Shown here one piece after another: positions 18,746 through 28,384 of a stretch of DNA of 64,000 bases (positions are counted from its first letter, which is position 1; each line of letters opens with the position of its first letter). Source of the DNA: an uncultured Gemmatimonadales bacterium (GTDB lineage Bacteria; Gemmatimonadota; Gemmatimonadetes; Gemmatimonadales; Gemmatimonadaceae); NCBI GenBank assembly GCA_963851265.1, contig CAWKNZ010000002.1, positions 672,001 to 736,000 of the forward strand. Direction: 5' to 3'. The position numbers were made by a program, and so were the translations under genes. The notes below the pieces were generated by a model. The model worked only from the letters and a program-made list of their open reading frames with translations, was not told the DNA's origin and searched no databases.

Positions 18746-19494
18746 CGTCCGCCGCTCGGCGGCGCGGGCGGGTTCGCGACCGCCGCGTCGAGCGCCTGGC
18801 GGAACACGTCCGTGGGCTGCCCGCCGACGATCTGCTTGTTCGCGACGTAGAACGTCGGCGTACTGCGCACGCCCGCGCGCTCCATGCGGTCGCGGTCCGC
18901 CTCGACGAGGGCGCGCATCACGTGCGACCGCGTGCACGCCCGGAACTTCGCCGAGTCGGCGCCGGCGGCCGTCGCGAGCGAGTCGAAGGTGGGCTCCTGG
19001 TCGCCGGGGCGTCCCCACTGGTCCTGCGACCGGAAGAGGGCGTCGTGGTACTCCCAAAAGCGATTCTGCGCGGAGGCGCACATCGCGGCCTCGGCGGCGG
19101 GCATCGCCTGAACGTGCATGTCGAGCGGGAAGTTGACGTACGCCGCGCGCGCTTTGCCGGTCGCGATGTACTCGCGGCGGAGCGCGTCGAACGACTCGTC
19201 GTGCCAGCTCTTGCAGTACGGGCACTGGAAGTCGCTGACCTCGATGAGCCACACCTTCGCGTTGGCGTCGCCGAGGATGCGATTCTTGTCGGCCGCCGTG
19301 CGGAGGGCGATCGAGTCGGGGCCGGGGCGCGCGTCGGCGACGGTCGTCGCGGTCGCCGACTTCACGGCCTTGCTCTCCGACGCCGCGGCGCGGCACGCGA
19401 GCGCCACGCCGCAGGCTGCGACGAGCGTGACGGCCAGTCGGGCGGAAACGGCGCGGCGGCGCGCGGCGGGCGTGGACGCGGCGGGCGTGGACAT
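18742..19494 (-). CDS. DsbA-family thiol-disulfide oxidoreductase
   Basis: 'SDFQCPYC' active site, 'GVRSTPTF' cis-Pro loop, N-terminal export or lipoprotein-like signal. Confidence 0.9.
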   Translation of the reverse strand: MSTPAASTPAARRRAVSARLAVTLVAACGVALACRAAASESKAVKSATATTVADARPGPDSIALRTAADKNRILGDANAKVWLIEVSDFQCPYCKSWHDESFDALRREYIATGKARAAYVNFPLDMHVQAMPAAEAAMCASAQNRFWEYHDALFRSQDQWGRPGDQEPTFDSLATAAGADSAKFRACTRSHVMRALVEADRDRMERAGVRSTPTFYVANKQIVGGQPTDVFRQALDAAVANPPAPPSGGR

Positions 19495-19589
19495 CACAGA
19501 TGAAGGGCAGACGTGGAGGGCGCTCGCCGAGCCGCGGCGTGACGCGGTGACACCCGAGGTGCGCCGAGCCCGTATAAGATACACGCCCG

Positions 19590-20576
19590 ATGACCCGACT
19601 CGCGTCCACGCTCCTTCTCGCACTGCTCGCGCTGATCGGCCAGTTCGGCGCGCTTCCAGTCCGTGCCCAGGCGACCGCCGTCGGCGGCGCGGCCGGCGGC
19701 CCGACCGTAGGCGGGCCCGCGTCGAGCCCGCCCGCGACGAGCCGGCTCGCGACGAGCGTGCCGGCCACCGGCCCGCTCGCGATTCCGGAACCCCGCGGTC
19801 TCGTCAACGACTTCGCCGGCGTGATCCCGGGCGACCGCGCGGCGCGCATCGAGGCGCTCGCGCAGGCCGTGCGCGACCGGTCCGGCGGCGAGATCGCGGT
19901 CGTCACGCTGCCGGACATCGGCGATCGCGATCCGGGCGACGTCGCGTTGCAGATCGGGCGCCAGTGGAAGGTCGGAAAGGCCGCGCAGATCGGCGACGGG
20001 ACGCGCAACGCGGGTACCGTGATTCTCGTCGTGCCGCGGCAGACGAGCAGCACCGGCCGTGGGCGCGTGTCGATCGAGACGGGGCAGGGCACGGAGGCGT
20101 TCATCACCGACGCCGAGGCGGGCGACATCCGCCGGGAGGCGACACCACTGCTCGCGCAGGGCGATTACGCGGGCGGGATCGAGTTGATGACGCAGCGCGT
20201 GGCCGAACACTACGCGCGCGAGTTCGGGTTCAGCCTCGACTCGCTCGGCGTCGAACTGCCGGCCGCGACGGGCCCCCCGACGTACGAACGTGTGCCACGT
20301 CGGAGCGGCGGGGGGGGCGGCATCAACCCCGTCCTGCTGCTCGTCATCTTCTTCGTCGTGGTCAGTCTGCTCTCACGCCTCGGCGGGGGCGGGCGGCGCG
20401 GCTGCGGCGGCTGCATCCCGATCTTCATCCCGTTCGGCGGTGGTAGGGGTGGGTGGGGCGGTGGCGGCTGGGGCGGCGGGGGAAGTTGGGGCGGCGGGGG
20501 AGGCGACGGTGGCGGCTTCGGTGGGTTTGGCGGCGGCGGTGGCTTCAGCGGTGGCGGCTCGAGCGGCGACTTCTGA
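19590..20576 (+). CDS. TPM-domain membrane protein (YgcG-like) with Gly-rich tail
   Basis: 'VNDFAGVI', 'EIAVVTL', 'WKVGK', 'IETGQGTE', one TM helix, C-terminal 'GGGGGFSGGGSSGDF'. Confidence 0.9.
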   Translation: MTRLASTLLLALLALIGQFGALPVRAQATAVGGAAGGPTVGGPASSPPATSRLATSVPATGPLAIPEPRGLVNDFAGVIPGDRAARIEALAQAVRDRSGGEIAVVTLPDIGDRDPGDVALQIGRQWKVGKAAQIGDGTRNAGTVILVVPRQTSSTGRGRVSIETGQGTEAFITDAEAGDIRREATPLLAQGDYAGGIELMTQRVAEHYAREFGFSLDSLGVELPAATGPPTYERVPRRSGGGGGINPVLLLVIFFVVVSLLSRLGGGGRRGCGGCIPIFIPFGGGRGGWGGGGWGGGGSWGGGGGDGGGFGGFGGGGGFSGGGSSGDF

Positions 20577-20620
20577 TGCAGGCGCGATCAGGACACACCC
20601 ACGACCCCGGAGGATGACCG

Positions 20621-21364
20621 ATGCCCGCGATGACGCTCGAGCAGGTCACGGCCCAGCTGCAGGCCGCGTACGGCGGCGCGCTCCGCGCGGTCGTGCTGCA
20701 CGGATCGGCGGCGCGGACGCCGTCGGCGGGGGCGCCGGCCCCGCGCGGCGGTTACGACCTGCTCGTGGTCGTCGACGAGCTCGGGATGAACGAGTTGCGC
20801 CGCGTCGCGCCGACCACGCGCGCGTGGACCGAGGCGGGCAACCCCTCGCCGCTCACGTTGACGACGCTCGAGTGGCGCGCGTCGGCCGACGTCTTCCCGA
20901 TGGAGTACGCGGACGTGCTCGAATCCCACCGCGTGCTCGCCGGCGCGCTGCCGATCGACGGCATCGTCGTCGAGCGCGCCGACCTGCGCCGGCAGCTGGA
21001 GCACCGGACGATGGGTGCGCTCCTGCAATTGCGCGGCGGCATCCTCGCGTCGGGCAACGACGCCAAACGACTCGTCGCGTTGCTCGACGCGAGCCGGAGC
21101 ACGATCCTGGTGCTGTTCCGCACGCTCGCGCGGCTGCATGGTACGGCGGCACCGTCCGACGCCGTCGCGCTCGCGACGTGGGCGGCGGCGACCGTCGGGT
21201 TCGACGCGGACCCGTTCGTCCGCGTGATCACGTCGGCGCGCCCCGGGGCGCCTCCGCTCGCCGCCGGTGACGCCGCCGGGCTGTTAGCGGGGTATTTAGT
21301 CGCGTTTGAGCGTTTGGTCGCGCACGTGAGTGCGTGGCCGCCCAACCCGGCCGACGGCCGGTAG
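20621..21364 (+). CDS. Pol-beta-type nucleotidyltransferase-domain protein
   Basis: 'LRAVVLHGSAA...YDLLVVVD', 'SADVFPMEY', 'HRVLAG'; lies between TPM and LemA genes. Confidence 0.75.
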   Translation: MPAMTLEQVTAQLQAAYGGALRAVVLHGSAARTPSAGAPAPRGGYDLLVVVDELGMNELRRVAPTTRAWTEAGNPSPLTLTTLEWRASADVFPMEYADVLESHRVLAGALPIDGIVVERADLRRQLEHRTMGALLQLRGGILASGNDAKRLVALLDASRSTILVLFRTLARLHGTAAPSDAVALATWAAATVGFDADPFVRVITSARPGAPPLAAGDAAGLLAGYLVAFERLVAHVSAWPPNPADGR

Positions 21365-21401
21365 CGGTTCCCGATCCCCCACGAACACAGGAGTCACGTA
21401 C

Positions 21402-22079
21402 ATGTCGACCTTTCGCACGCCGCGCCTCCGCACGACGCGCTTCGCCACGACGCGCCTCGCCGCGCGGCCCCGCTCCGTCGCGCAGGCGGCCGTGCTGGTC
21501 GGGTTCCTCGCCGCGGGCGGGCCGACAGGCTGCGGGTACAACGCGATCCAGTCGCAGGACGAGCAGGCGGCGCAGGCCAAGCGCCAGATCGAGGTCCAGC
21601 TGCAGCGCCGTGCGGACCTCATCCCGAACCTCGTCTCCACCGTGAAGGGGTACGCGAAGCAGGAGGAGACGATCTTCACGCGCGTCGCCGACGCGCAGCG
21701 CGGGCTCACGGGCACGTTGGCGCGCCCCGGTGGGGCCGGCGCGGGCGAGCTGGCCACGGCCAACGACAACCTGACGCGCGCGCTCGCACCGATGCTGACG
21801 CTCGTCCAGGCGTACCCGCAGCTGCAGTCCAACCAGCAGTTCCTGCGTCTGCAGGACGAGCTCACGGGCACCGAGAACCGGATCGCCGTCGCGCGCACCG
21901 ACTACAACGGTGCGGTGCAGACGTACAACACGACGATCCGCACCTTTCCGACGGCGATCACGGCGAAGGTCACGGGCGCCAAGCCGCGCGAGTACTTCCA
22001 GGTGACCGACCCGGCCGCACTCGGCGCGCCGAAGGTCGACTTTGGTGGCGCGCCGTCCAGCGCGACGACGCAGCGGTGA
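21402..22079 (+). CDS. lemA: LemA family protein
   Basis: 'GCGYN', 'QLQRRADLIPNLV', 'AYPQLQSNQQFLRLQDELTGTENRIAVAR'; AGGAG RBS. Confidence 0.93.
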   Translation: MSTFRTPRLRTTRFATTRLAARPRSVAQAAVLVGFLAAGGPTGCGYNAIQSQDEQAAQAKRQIEVQLQRRADLIPNLVSTVKGYAKQEETIFTRVADAQRGLTGTLARPGGAGAGELATANDNLTRALAPMLTLVQAYPQLQSNQQFLRLQDELTGTENRIAVARTDYNGAVQTYNTTIRTFPTAITAKVTGAKPREYFQVTDPAALGAPKVDFGGAPSSATTQR

Positions 22080-22176
22080 GCGCGGCCGGCTCGCGATAAG
22101 CGAGCACTGAGGGAACGGCCGCGCTCCGCGACGGCTGACGTGGCGGGCGGTCGCGCAGTGCACCCGATCGCCGCCC

Positions 22177-22222
22177 CACGCGAAGGCCCGGCGAACCGCG
22201 CGGTTCGCCGGGCCTTCGCGTG
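22177..22222. terminator. Perfect 46-bp palindrome downstream of lemA
   Basis: cacgcgaaggcccggcgaaccgc|gcggttcgccgggccttcgcgtg. Confidence 0.65.
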
Positions 22223-22292
22223 CATTCGAGACGCCTCGCGCCTCGCACGCTTAGGACCGTTCGGTCCGGCACCGCCAGGGGATTTCGGACAG

Positions 22293-22309
22293 CATAAAGG
22301 GCCATAAAG
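22293..22309 (+). promoter_or_regulatory. Direct repeat CATAAAG-N3-CATAAAG upstream of susC, candidate transcription-factor site
   Basis: AT-rich heptamer repeated with 10-bp period about 180 bp before the start codon. Confidence 0.35.
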
Positions 22310-22489
22310 TTTGCGCGCCCGATGACGCGAGCGCGTCACCCGGGGTCTTCACATCACACGCAGCGGTGACCCCGCTGACGTCGCCGCTGCCCTCGTATCG
22401 GTCGGCGTCGTCTCGCGTTCCCGGGTTCCGCGTTTCGCCCACCTCGGTCGCGCTCGCCGCGGCCGAGCTCCTCACACTTTTGGAGCGAT

Positions 22490-25400
22490 ATGCAGCATCA
22501 GATCAGTCGTGTCGTCGCGATCGCGGTCGCGGGCCTCGCCGTGCCCGCGATCGCGATGGCGCAGACTGCCGCGACGATCACCGGTCGTGTGACCACGGCC
22601 GAAGGCGGTCAGCCCATCGTCGCGGCCAGCGTGTTCATCACGTCGCTGAACGTGGGAGCGACGACCAACGAGAACGGGACGTATTCGTTCGTCGTGCCGG
22701 GCGCGCGCGTGTCGGGCCAGACGGTGACGCTGTCGGTCCGGCGCGTCGGGTACCGGACGAGCAGCGCGCAGATCACGCTCAGCGGCGGGACGATCCGCCA
22801 GGACTTCACGATCACGGGCAGCGCCGTGCAACTCGGCGCCGTGGTGGTCACGGGCGCGGGCCTTTCGACGACGGCGGAGCGTCTGGGCTCGGTCCGGACG
22901 CAGGTCGACACGCAGGCGATCACGCGCGCGAACGAGCCGAACGTCACGCAGGCGCTCGCGGCCAAGGCGCCGGGCATCGTCGTCAGCCAGCAGGCGGGCG
23001 ACCCGGGCGCGTCGTCCAAGATCGTCATCCGCGGCCTGAACACGATCCAGGGCGCGGGGAACCCGCTCTTCGTCGTCGACGGCACGCCGATCAACAACGA
23101 GACGATCGCGACGACCGGCGGCACCAACGTCGGCGGCGCGACGGTCACGCCCAACCGCGCGTACGACATCAACCCCGACGACATCGCGAACGTCGAGGTG
23201 CTGAAGAGCGCCGCCGCCGCGGCGATCTACGGCGCGCGCGCGAGCCAGGGCGTCATCCTGATCACGACGAAGAAGGGCGCCGCGGGGCAGACGCGGTACT
23301 CGCTCCGCTCGACGCTGACGAGCGACCATGTCGACCGCCTGCCGTCGCTGCAGCAGAGCTTCGGGCAGGGTACGCGCGGCGTGACCGCGACCTGCACGAC
23401 GCTCGACTGCGCGATGCCGAGCACGAGCTGGGGCGCTCCGATTGCGGCCGGGACGCCGACGTACGACCAGGCCCGCGCGATCTTCGCGAATGGGTCGCTG
23501 TTCGACAATAACCTCTCGGTGAGCGGCGGCGGAGACCGCACGCAGTTCTTCCTGAGCGGGTCGTCGAGCAACCAGAACGGCGTGATCATCGGCAACAACG
23601 ACACGTACCGCCGGCAGACGGTCCGCCTCAACGCGACGCAGCGCGTGAGCAGCCAGCTCTCGGTCTCGGGCAACATCAGCTACGTCGACTCCCGCGGCTC
23701 GTTCATTCAGCGCGGATCGAACGTGTCGGGGCTTACGCTCGGTGGCTGGCGCACGCCGCCGACGTTCAACAACGGGTACTTCATCGACTCGGTGTCGGGG
23801 CTGCAGCGCTCGTACCGGTTCCCCAACCCGAGCCCGGGGTCGGCGTTCCACACGCGCTACTACGACAACCCCGACTTCGTCATCTACGACCAGCAGAACA
23901 AGCAGAACGTCGGGCGCGCGTTCGGCAACGTGAACGTCAGCTACAACCCGCTGTCGTGGCTCTCGGCGACGTACACGCTCGGGTCGGACTACACGAGCGA
24001 CGAGCGCCTCGAGGGGCTGCCCTGGACGAGCTCCACCAACCCGTACGGGCAGATCACGCGCGGTAACTACGTCACGAACATCGTCGACAACCTGGTCAAC
24101 GTGCAGGCGTCGCACACGCTGCGCGAGGGTTTCGAGACGCGCTTCGCGGTCGGCGCGGAGCTGAACAGCCAGCGCTACCAGCAGAACCAGGAGTTCGGCT
24201 CGCAGCTCATCGCGAACAACCTGTACGCGCTGACGAACGCGATCGTCGTCAACCCCGACGTCGCGAACGGCGCCGACTTCCGCTCGCTCATCCGCCGCGA
24301 GTCGTACTTCGCGCAGCTCCAGCAGTCGCTGTTCACCGACCTGTTCGGCACGTTCACGGTCCGGAACGACGGGTTCTCGACCTTCGGCCAGAACAACCGG
24401 CGCAACTGGTTCCCGAGCGGGCAGCTCGCGTACGTCTTCACCAACGCGTTCAACGCGCGCGGCTTCCTGAACGACGGCAAGCTGCGGCTCGCCTACGGGC
24501 AGACGGGCACGGAGCCGCAGGTGTACTCGACGAGCGGCTTCTACACGGGCGGCTACTATTCCGTCGGCGGCTACGGCGACCAGCTCTTCTCGGTGCAGAA
24601 CGGCCAGGGCGGCCTCGTCGTTGCCACGCGCGTGCCGCAGCCCAACCTGCGCCCCGAGCGGCAGAACGAGTTGGAGACCGGCTTCGACGTCGGCTTCCTC
24701 AAGAACGCGGCGGACCTGAGCGTCACCTACTACGACCGCGTCGCGCGCGACGTCATCTTCGACGCGCCGCTGGCGCCGTCGTCGGGGTTCGGGCTGCAGG
24801 CGCAGAACGCGGCGAAGATCCGTAACCACGGCGTCGAGGTCGCGCTCAACATCCGGCCGATCCGCACGAAGGACACCGAGCTCACCCTGGGCTTCCAGTA
24901 CGCCCAGAACCGCAATCGCGTGCTCCAGGTGCTCGGCTCGAACTTCGTCCAGCTCCCGACGGGCGGCTACTTCTCGGGGAGCGTGGCGCCGGTGGCGCAG
25001 GTCGGGTACGCGCTGGGCGCGTTCCAGGGGCAGGACTTCGCGCGCTGCCGCTACGGGCAGTCGAACGTCGTCGGCAGCGTCGACGTCAACGCCGTGTGCA
25101 CGGCGGCGAAGGCGCCGAACAACGCGCTGTACCTCGCCGCCAACGGGCTCCCGATCGACGATCCGACGGCCCGCATCATCGGCGACCCGACGCCGCTCTG
25201 GACCGGCGCGTTCCGGCCCAACCTGCGCTTCCACAAGTTCACGTTCTCGGGCCTGCTCGACGTGCGCGTCGGCGGCCAGGTGTGGAACGGGACGAAGGGC
25301 GCGCTCTACAACTTCGGCTCGAGTAGCGACGAGAACATCCGCGCGACCTGCGCGACGTCCTCGCAGTCGAGCTGCACCGGGACGACGTACATCATCGGGC

Positions 25401-25798
25401 AGACGTTCACGCCCGGCAAGCCGGTCGACAAGGTCACGCCCGAGCCGACGGTCGGCCCCGGCGTCGGGGTCCCGGTGGCACTCGGGCAGCCCTGGTTCAC
25501 GGGCCTCGGCAGCGGCTTCGGCCCGGTCGCCTCGCAGTTCCTCGAGAGCGGCAGCTTCGCGAAGATCCGCGAACTCTCGGTGGCGTACACCTACAGCGGC
25601 GCGCAGCTCCGCCGCTACGTCGGTCTGAGCTCGATCGACTTCCGCGCGGCGGGCCGCAACCTGGCCGTGTTCACGAAGTACACGGGCGTCGATCCGGAGA
25701 CGAACCTCGGTGGCGCCGCCGTCGGTGTGAACGGCGTCGACTACTTCAACACGCCGCTGACGCGCTCGTTCGCGTTCACGGTGACCCTGAACCGCTGA
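22490..25798 (+). CDS. SusC/RagA-family TonB-dependent transporter
   Basis: Signal peptide; 'DINPDDIANVEVLKSAAAAAIYGARASQGVILITTKKG'; 'PNLRPE'; 'KYTGVDPE'. Confidence 0.95.
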   Translation: MQHQISRVVAIAVAGLAVPAIAMAQTAATITGRVTTAEGGQPIVAASVFITSLNVGATTNENGTYSFVVPGARVSGQTVTLSVRRVGYRTSSAQITLSGGTIRQDFTITGSAVQLGAVVVTGAGLSTTAERLGSVRTQVDTQAITRANEPNVTQALAAKAPGIVVSQQAGDPGASSKIVIRGLNTIQGAGNPLFVVDGTPINNETIATTGGTNVGGATVTPNRAYDINPDDIANVEVLKSAAAAAIYGARASQGVILITTKKGAAGQTRYSLRSTLTSDHVDRLPSLQQSFGQGTRGVTATCTTLDCAMPSTSWGAPIAAGTPTYDQARAIFANGSLFDNNLSVSGGGDRTQFFLSGSSSNQNGVIIGNNDTYRRQTVRLNATQRVSSQLSVSGNISYVDSRGSFIQRGSNVSGLTLGGWRTPPTFNNGYFIDSVSGLQRSYRFPNPSPGSAFHTRYYDNPDFVIYDQQNKQNVGRAFGNVNVSYNPLSWLSATYTLGSDYTSDERLEGLPWTSSTNPYGQITRGNYVTNIVDNLVNVQASHTLREGFETRFAVGAELNSQRYQQNQEFGSQLIANNLYALTNAIVVNPDVANGADFRSLIRRESYFAQLQQSLFTDLFGTFTVRNDGFSTFGQNNRRNWFPSGQLAYVFTNAFNARGFLNDGKLRLAYGQTGTEPQVYSTSGFYTGGYYSVGGYGDQLFSVQNGQGGLVVATRVPQPNLRPERQNELETGFDVGFLKNAADLSVTYYDRVARDVIFDAPLAPSSGFGLQAQNAAKIRNHGVEVALNIRPIRTKDTELTLGFQYAQNRNRVLQVLGSNFVQLPTGGYFSGSVAPVAQVGYALGAFQGQDFARCRYGQSNVVGSVDVNAVCTAAKAPNNALYLAANGLPIDDPTARIIGDPTPLWTGAFRPNLRFHKFTFSGLLDVRVGGQVWNGTKGALYNFGSSSDENIRATCATSSQSSCTGTTYIIGQTFTPGKPVDKVTPEPTVGPGVGVPVALGQPWFTGLGSGFGPVASQFLESGSFAKIRELSVAYTYSGAQLRRYVGLSSIDFRAAGRNLAVFTKYTGVDPETNLGGAAVGVNGVDYFNTPLTRSFAFTVTLNR

Positions 25799-25806
25799 CC
25801 GGTTTC

Positions 25807-27249
25807 GTGCCTCTCATGCTGAACACGACCAAGGCCGCACGCACCGCGGCGGCAGGCGTTCTCGCCGCTGCGGCCCTCGCCGGGTGTAAGGACTTCCTGA
25901 CGAGCAATCAGGCGATCAACAACCCGAACCAGCCGACGGCCGCGACTTCGTTGCAGTCGCTGACGGCCGTCGAGACGAACCAGGAATCGCTGCAGACCGG
26001 TGACCCGGCGCGCATCATCACGATGTGGATGCAGCAGTTCTCGGGCACGCAGAACCAGTACGTGACCAACGCACAGTACAGCCTGACCGAGGACTTCACG
26101 AACGGCTACTGGGGCACCGTCTACCAGGGCGGCGGTCTCGTCGACATCCGCGCCGTCGAGAAGGCGAGCGACGCCGCCGGCGACAGCCTGACGAGTGGCG
26201 TGGCCCGCGTGGTCGAAGCGCTGTCGATCGGCACCGCCGCGGACTGGTGGGGCGACGTCCCGTACTCGACCGCGCTCGAGGTCGGGAAGCCGGCCTCGCT
26301 CGACTCGCAGGCGTCGGTCTACGCCGCCGTGCAGACGACGCTCGACCGCGCGATCGTCCAGCTGAGTTCCGGCAAGGGCAACGGCCCGAGCGCCGCGGAC
26401 GTCCTCTACGGCGGGAGCGCGGCGAAGTGGATCGCCGCGGCCAACACGATCAAGGCGCGCTTCTACCTGCACACGGCCGAGGCGAAGGGATCGGCTGCGG
26501 ATGGCACGCCGGCGTTCAACGCGACGGCGTACCAGAGCGCGCTCGCGGCCGCGCAGAAGGGAATCTCGTCGGCTGCGAACGACCTGCGCTCGTACCAGAG
26601 CACGAACACCAACGAGCAGAACCTCTGGTACCAGTTCACGGTCCTCTACCGCGCCGGGTACATCTCGCCGTCGGACTACTTCGTGAATCTCATGACGGCG
26701 CGGAGCGACCCGCGCCTCACCACGTACTTCACGCCGGGCAGCGGCACAACGCAGATCGTCGGCGCGCCGACGTCCAACGGTGTCGCGTCCAACGTCGCGC
26801 AGTTGAACGGTGGGGCGGCCAACCCGGGTGGTCAGGGCTACCGTCAGCCCATCGTCACGTACGCCGAGAACCAGATGATCATCGCCGAGGCGCAGTACCG
26901 ACTCGGCAACGCGAGTGCGGCGCTCACGGCCTACAACGCCGAACGGACGAGCGCCGGGCTCACCCCGCTCAGTGCTCTACCGAGCGGAGCGGCGGGGCTC
27001 AACGAGATCATGACCGAGAAGTACATCGCGCTCTTCCAGAACCCGGAAGTGTGGAGCGATTACCGGCGGACCTGCTTGCCCGCGCGTAGCCCGATCGCGA
27101 ACGGCCAGGGGCTCATCCCGGCCCGCTTCATCTACCCGCTGAGCGAGCACAATACCAACCCCAACATCCCGGCGCCGTCCGACCAGCCGGCACGGAACGC
27201 GAACGACCCGAACCCCTGCTCGGTGAACGGAGTACAAACGTCGAACTGA
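25807..27249 (+). CDS. SusD/RagB-family lipoprotein (different subfamily from the first three)
   Basis: Lipobox 'LAG-C'; 'NPN.P', 'WGDVPYS', 'EIMTEKYIALF..PEVWSDYRR', 'PARFIYP'; start GTG 25807 or ATG 25816. Confidence 0.92.
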   Translation: MPLMLNTTKAARTAAAGVLAAAALAGCKDFLTSNQAINNPNQPTAATSLQSLTAVETNQESLQTGDPARIITMWMQQFSGTQNQYVTNAQYSLTEDFTNGYWGTVYQGGGLVDIRAVEKASDAAGDSLTSGVARVVEALSIGTAADWWGDVPYSTALEVGKPASLDSQASVYAAVQTTLDRAIVQLSSGKGNGPSAADVLYGGSAAKWIAAANTIKARFYLHTAEAKGSAADGTPAFNATAYQSALAAAQKGISSAANDLRSYQSTNTNEQNLWYQFTVLYRAGYISPSDYFVNLMTARSDPRLTTYFTPGSGTTQIVGAPTSNGVASNVAQLNGGAANPGGQGYRQPIVTYAENQMIIAEAQYRLGNASAALTAYNAERTSAGLTPLSALPSGAAGLNEIMTEKYIALFQNPEVWSDYRRTCLPARSPIANGQGLIPARFIYPLSEHNTNPNIPAPSDQPARNANDPNPCSVNGVQTSN

Positions 27250-27270
27250 GCCGCGGGCAGCTGGTCCGCG

Positions 27271-27318
27271 CGCGATTGGGCTCGGCTCCGCCTTGCGGGG
27301 GCGAGCCCAATCGCGTTT
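27271..27318 (+). terminator. Rho-independent terminator-like hairpin
   Basis: cgcgattgggctcg...cgagcccaatcgcg followed by ttt. Confidence 0.7.
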
Positions 27319-27369
27319 CGGCGGCCGTCCCGGCCGCAACCTCCACGCCTTCCTCCCGTCGTGCCCTTC

Positions 27370-27840
27370 ATGCGTACCACCCCGCGTCGCGCGCGGGTGC
27401 GCCTACCGGCCGCTGCGGTCGCGACCGCGGCCGCGCTGAGCGCCTGCTACGAGTACACACCTCCGGTGACGAGCTCGCCGACGCCGGGGACCGAAGTCCG
27501 CCTGACGCTCACCGATGCGGGCAGTGTCGCGGCCGCATCGGCCGTCGGGCCGCACGTGGAGCTGGTCGATGGTCGGATCGGGAAGATCGACGCCGATTCG
27601 GTGGTCGTCATGGCGACCCAGACGACACAGCGTGGCGGGACCGAGAACCTGTGGAGCGGTGAACGCGTCTCGGTGCCGCGATCCAGCGTCGCGTCGCTCG
27701 GTGTGCGCCGGATCAGCGCGTCCCGGACCGCACTCGCCGCCGCGGTCGGCGTGGCGGTCGTCGTCGGGACCTTCGTCGGGTTCAAGATCGGGCAGGCCGG
27801 GACGAGCAACAACACCACGCAGGTCCCGACCCCCAAGTAG
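27370..27840 (+). CDS. Hypothetical lipoprotein with C-terminal TM segment
   Basis: Lipobox 'LSA-C'; coding-like codon usage; start 27361 or 27370. Confidence 0.7.
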   Translation: MRTTPRRARVRLPAAAVATAAALSACYEYTPPVTSSPTPGTEVRLTLTDAGSVAAASAVGPHVELVDGRIGKIDADSVVVMATQTTQRGGTENLWSGERVSVPRSSVASLGVRRISASRTALAAAVGVAVVVGTFVGFKIGQAGTSNNTTQVPTPK

Positions 27841-27890
27841 GCGCACGCGTCCTGGCCGGTGCTCCGGGCCGGCGCCGTCGGGCCGGTCGG

Positions 27891-28325
27891 CTACTGCACC
27901 GACAGCGACGAATCGACGACGCGCGGCTGCACGGTGAGGACGAGCCGTTCTCCCGCGTGCGGGACGACCGATTCGCTCAGGTACGATTCGCTGCCGGCCA
28001 GACGGACCGCCGCGACCGCGAGACCGCCGAGGTCGGAGGTGAACGTGTCGGGAATCTTGATCGTGGCGCGCGAGACTGCCGCGACGCTGCCGATGCGTAG
28101 GCGGAGCGTGCCGCGCACGGCGTAGATGATCACGTCGAAGCCGCTCCGGTTCTCGACCTGGAGGACGACGCGGTCGCGCGGCGCGCCGGTCGCGTTGCTG
28201 TCGGTCGCCGCGATCGTGGCCGGGCGGGCGGGGCCGGCCGGGCCGCCGTGCGCGCACGCGGCGGCGGCCACGGCGTGCGTCGTGAGCAGTGCGAGTCGAA
28301 CGGCGCGCGCGTGCTGACGGAACAT
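27891..28325 (-). CDS. Hypothetical lipoprotein
   Basis: MFRQHARAVRLALLTTHAVAAAA-C; beta-rich body 'VLQVENRS..DVIIYA'. Confidence 0.65.
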   Translation of the reverse strand: MFRQHARAVRLALLTTHAVAAAACAHGGPAGPARPATIAATDSNATGAPRDRVVLQVENRSGFDVIIYAVRGTLRLRIGSVAAVSRATIKIPDTFTSDLGGLAVAAVRLAGSESYLSESVVPHAGERLVLTVQPRVVDSSLSVQ

Positions 28326-28384
28326 GGGAGGATTCGGGCTGGGGCCCGGCACCGGGCCCGGTGGTGGGGCGCGACCGCCGGCCG

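Noticed and set aside
17357..20128. 923-aa ORF suggesting a giant WaaA fusion; likewise 47716-50790, 50226-52091, 37039-38640 and 60568-62265
   Set aside because: The upstream parts overlap real genes in other frames; only the C-terminal parts carry family motifs.
20437..20570. G-run-rich stretch resembling a G-quadruplex
   Set aside because: Fully explained by the Gly-rich tail typical of TPM proteins.
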